Origin: Balamuthia mandrillaris
Lineage: Eukaryota
DNA: 20,000 bases
Assembly (NCBI GenBank): GCA_031835245.2
Contig: JAVKOQ020000074.1
Coordinates: 183,243-203,242, forward strand
Reading direction: 5' to 3'
In this document: positions 19,326-20,000 of the stretch, piece by piece
Numbering within the stretch: position 1 is the first letter of the stretch
Layout: every line of letters starts with the position of its first letter
Notes under the pieces: model-generated
Told to the model about the DNA's origin: nothing
Seen by the model: the letters and a program-made list of their open reading frames with translations, nothing else
Databases searched by the model: none
Made by a program: the position numbers and the translations under genes

Positions 19326-20000
19326 CATCAACACTGCTCACCAGCCATCGCAATGCTTTGTTTTAATTAAACAGTCGGATTCCCCTTGTCCATACCAGTT
19401 CTAAGTTGATTGTTGATCACCCAGGGAAAGCAGCTGCTCCCCCTTGTGAGGCAGCACAGTTGAACAACGGTGTTGCCACCACCCCCTGACCTAGCTGCAA
19501 CCCAACCCCTTCTGAAGAGGTCCTCACAGGGCTCCACAGAAGACCACCCTGTGAAGGGCTATCCTCTATGGCCCACCTGCAAGGTCCTCAACCTCCAGAG
19601 AAGGACCCCTGGGCCCAATCCTTAGAGCCAATCCTGAAGTTACGGATCTATTTTGCCAACTTCCCTTACCCACATTATTCTATGGACTAGAGGCTGTTCA
19701 CCTTGGAGACCTGATGCAGTTGTGAGTACTTGTGGGTGAGAAAATCATGCTTTCTCCCAGATTTTCAAGGATTGATGAAAACGCACCAGACGCCTCCAAA
19801 ACTGAGGTGCTTCCCCTGCTGTCTGACCTTATCTCCAGGCAAACTGATTCCAGGGTCATCTGATGTTGTGGGATTTGCTCCCTGCAGGACTGTTAAAAAG
19901 AAAAGAGAACTCTTCCCAGGGTTTTCACCAACATCTCTGGGTTCATTTATGTCACTGTACCACAGCTGTGAAGCTGCTATATCCTCATCCCGGTTCAGGA
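18010..20000 (-). rRNA. Large-subunit (25S/28S) rRNA, 3' ~2 kb; non-functional copy, runs off the window
   Basis: Minus strand has the eukaryotic 3' end CTGAGATTAAGCCTTTGTT...GATTTGT, the sarcin-ricin loop AGTACGAGAGGAAC (~18387-18400), GAGCTGGGTTTAGACCGTCGTGAGACAGG, and GTAACTATGACTCTCTTAAGG. Carries a lesion at 18583-18665, small deletions at ~19233 and ~19635, and many CpG transitions. Confidence 0.96.

Noticed and set aside
18010..20000. Functional rRNA gene; short ORFs 18193..18402 and 18852..19046
   Set aside because: Peptidyl-transferase residues are deleted and invariant positions mutated; the ORFs are chance frames in rRNA sequence.
1..20000. Naming the host species or the retrotransposon clades
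   Set aside because: Cannot be supported without a search; BLASTn of 18010-18580 and an RT phylogeny would decide.

Overview
Eukaryotic, repeat-dense, heterochromatin-like DNA with no intact protein gene. In order: (i) a decayed ORF tail (1-719); (ii) a ~520 bp GA/GACA microsatellite; (iii) a nest of Ty3/Gypsy LTR retrotransposons with chromodomain-type integrases; (iv) an AT-rich spacer; (v) the 3' ~2 kb of a large-subunit (25S/28S) rRNA gene on the minus strand. The nest contains a deleted copy of 'family A' (A1, 1977-6252), a full-length copy (A2, 6388-16723; 138 bp LTRs; TSD GCTT), an unrelated near-intact 'family B' element inserted in the A2 leader (6574-11755; 235 bp LTRs; TSD AGGT), and an inverted family A solo LTR (17021-17158). 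The rRNA copy is a pseudogene: part of the peptidyl-transferase loop is replaced by a templated AT-rich insert, 3 bp are missing at the R2/I-PpoI target site, and CpG loss increases steeply along it. CpG->TpG/CpA decay dominates the whole window. I cannot show a wholly new biological system. The best leads are the repair scars at mobile-endonuclease target sites in the rDNA, the tRNA-PBS-less oligo(T) priming site of element B, and the non-canonical HIDD/DSCA catalytic motifs of family A. All alignments and counts were done by eye, and rRNA comparisons are to the conserved eukaryotic consensus from memory.
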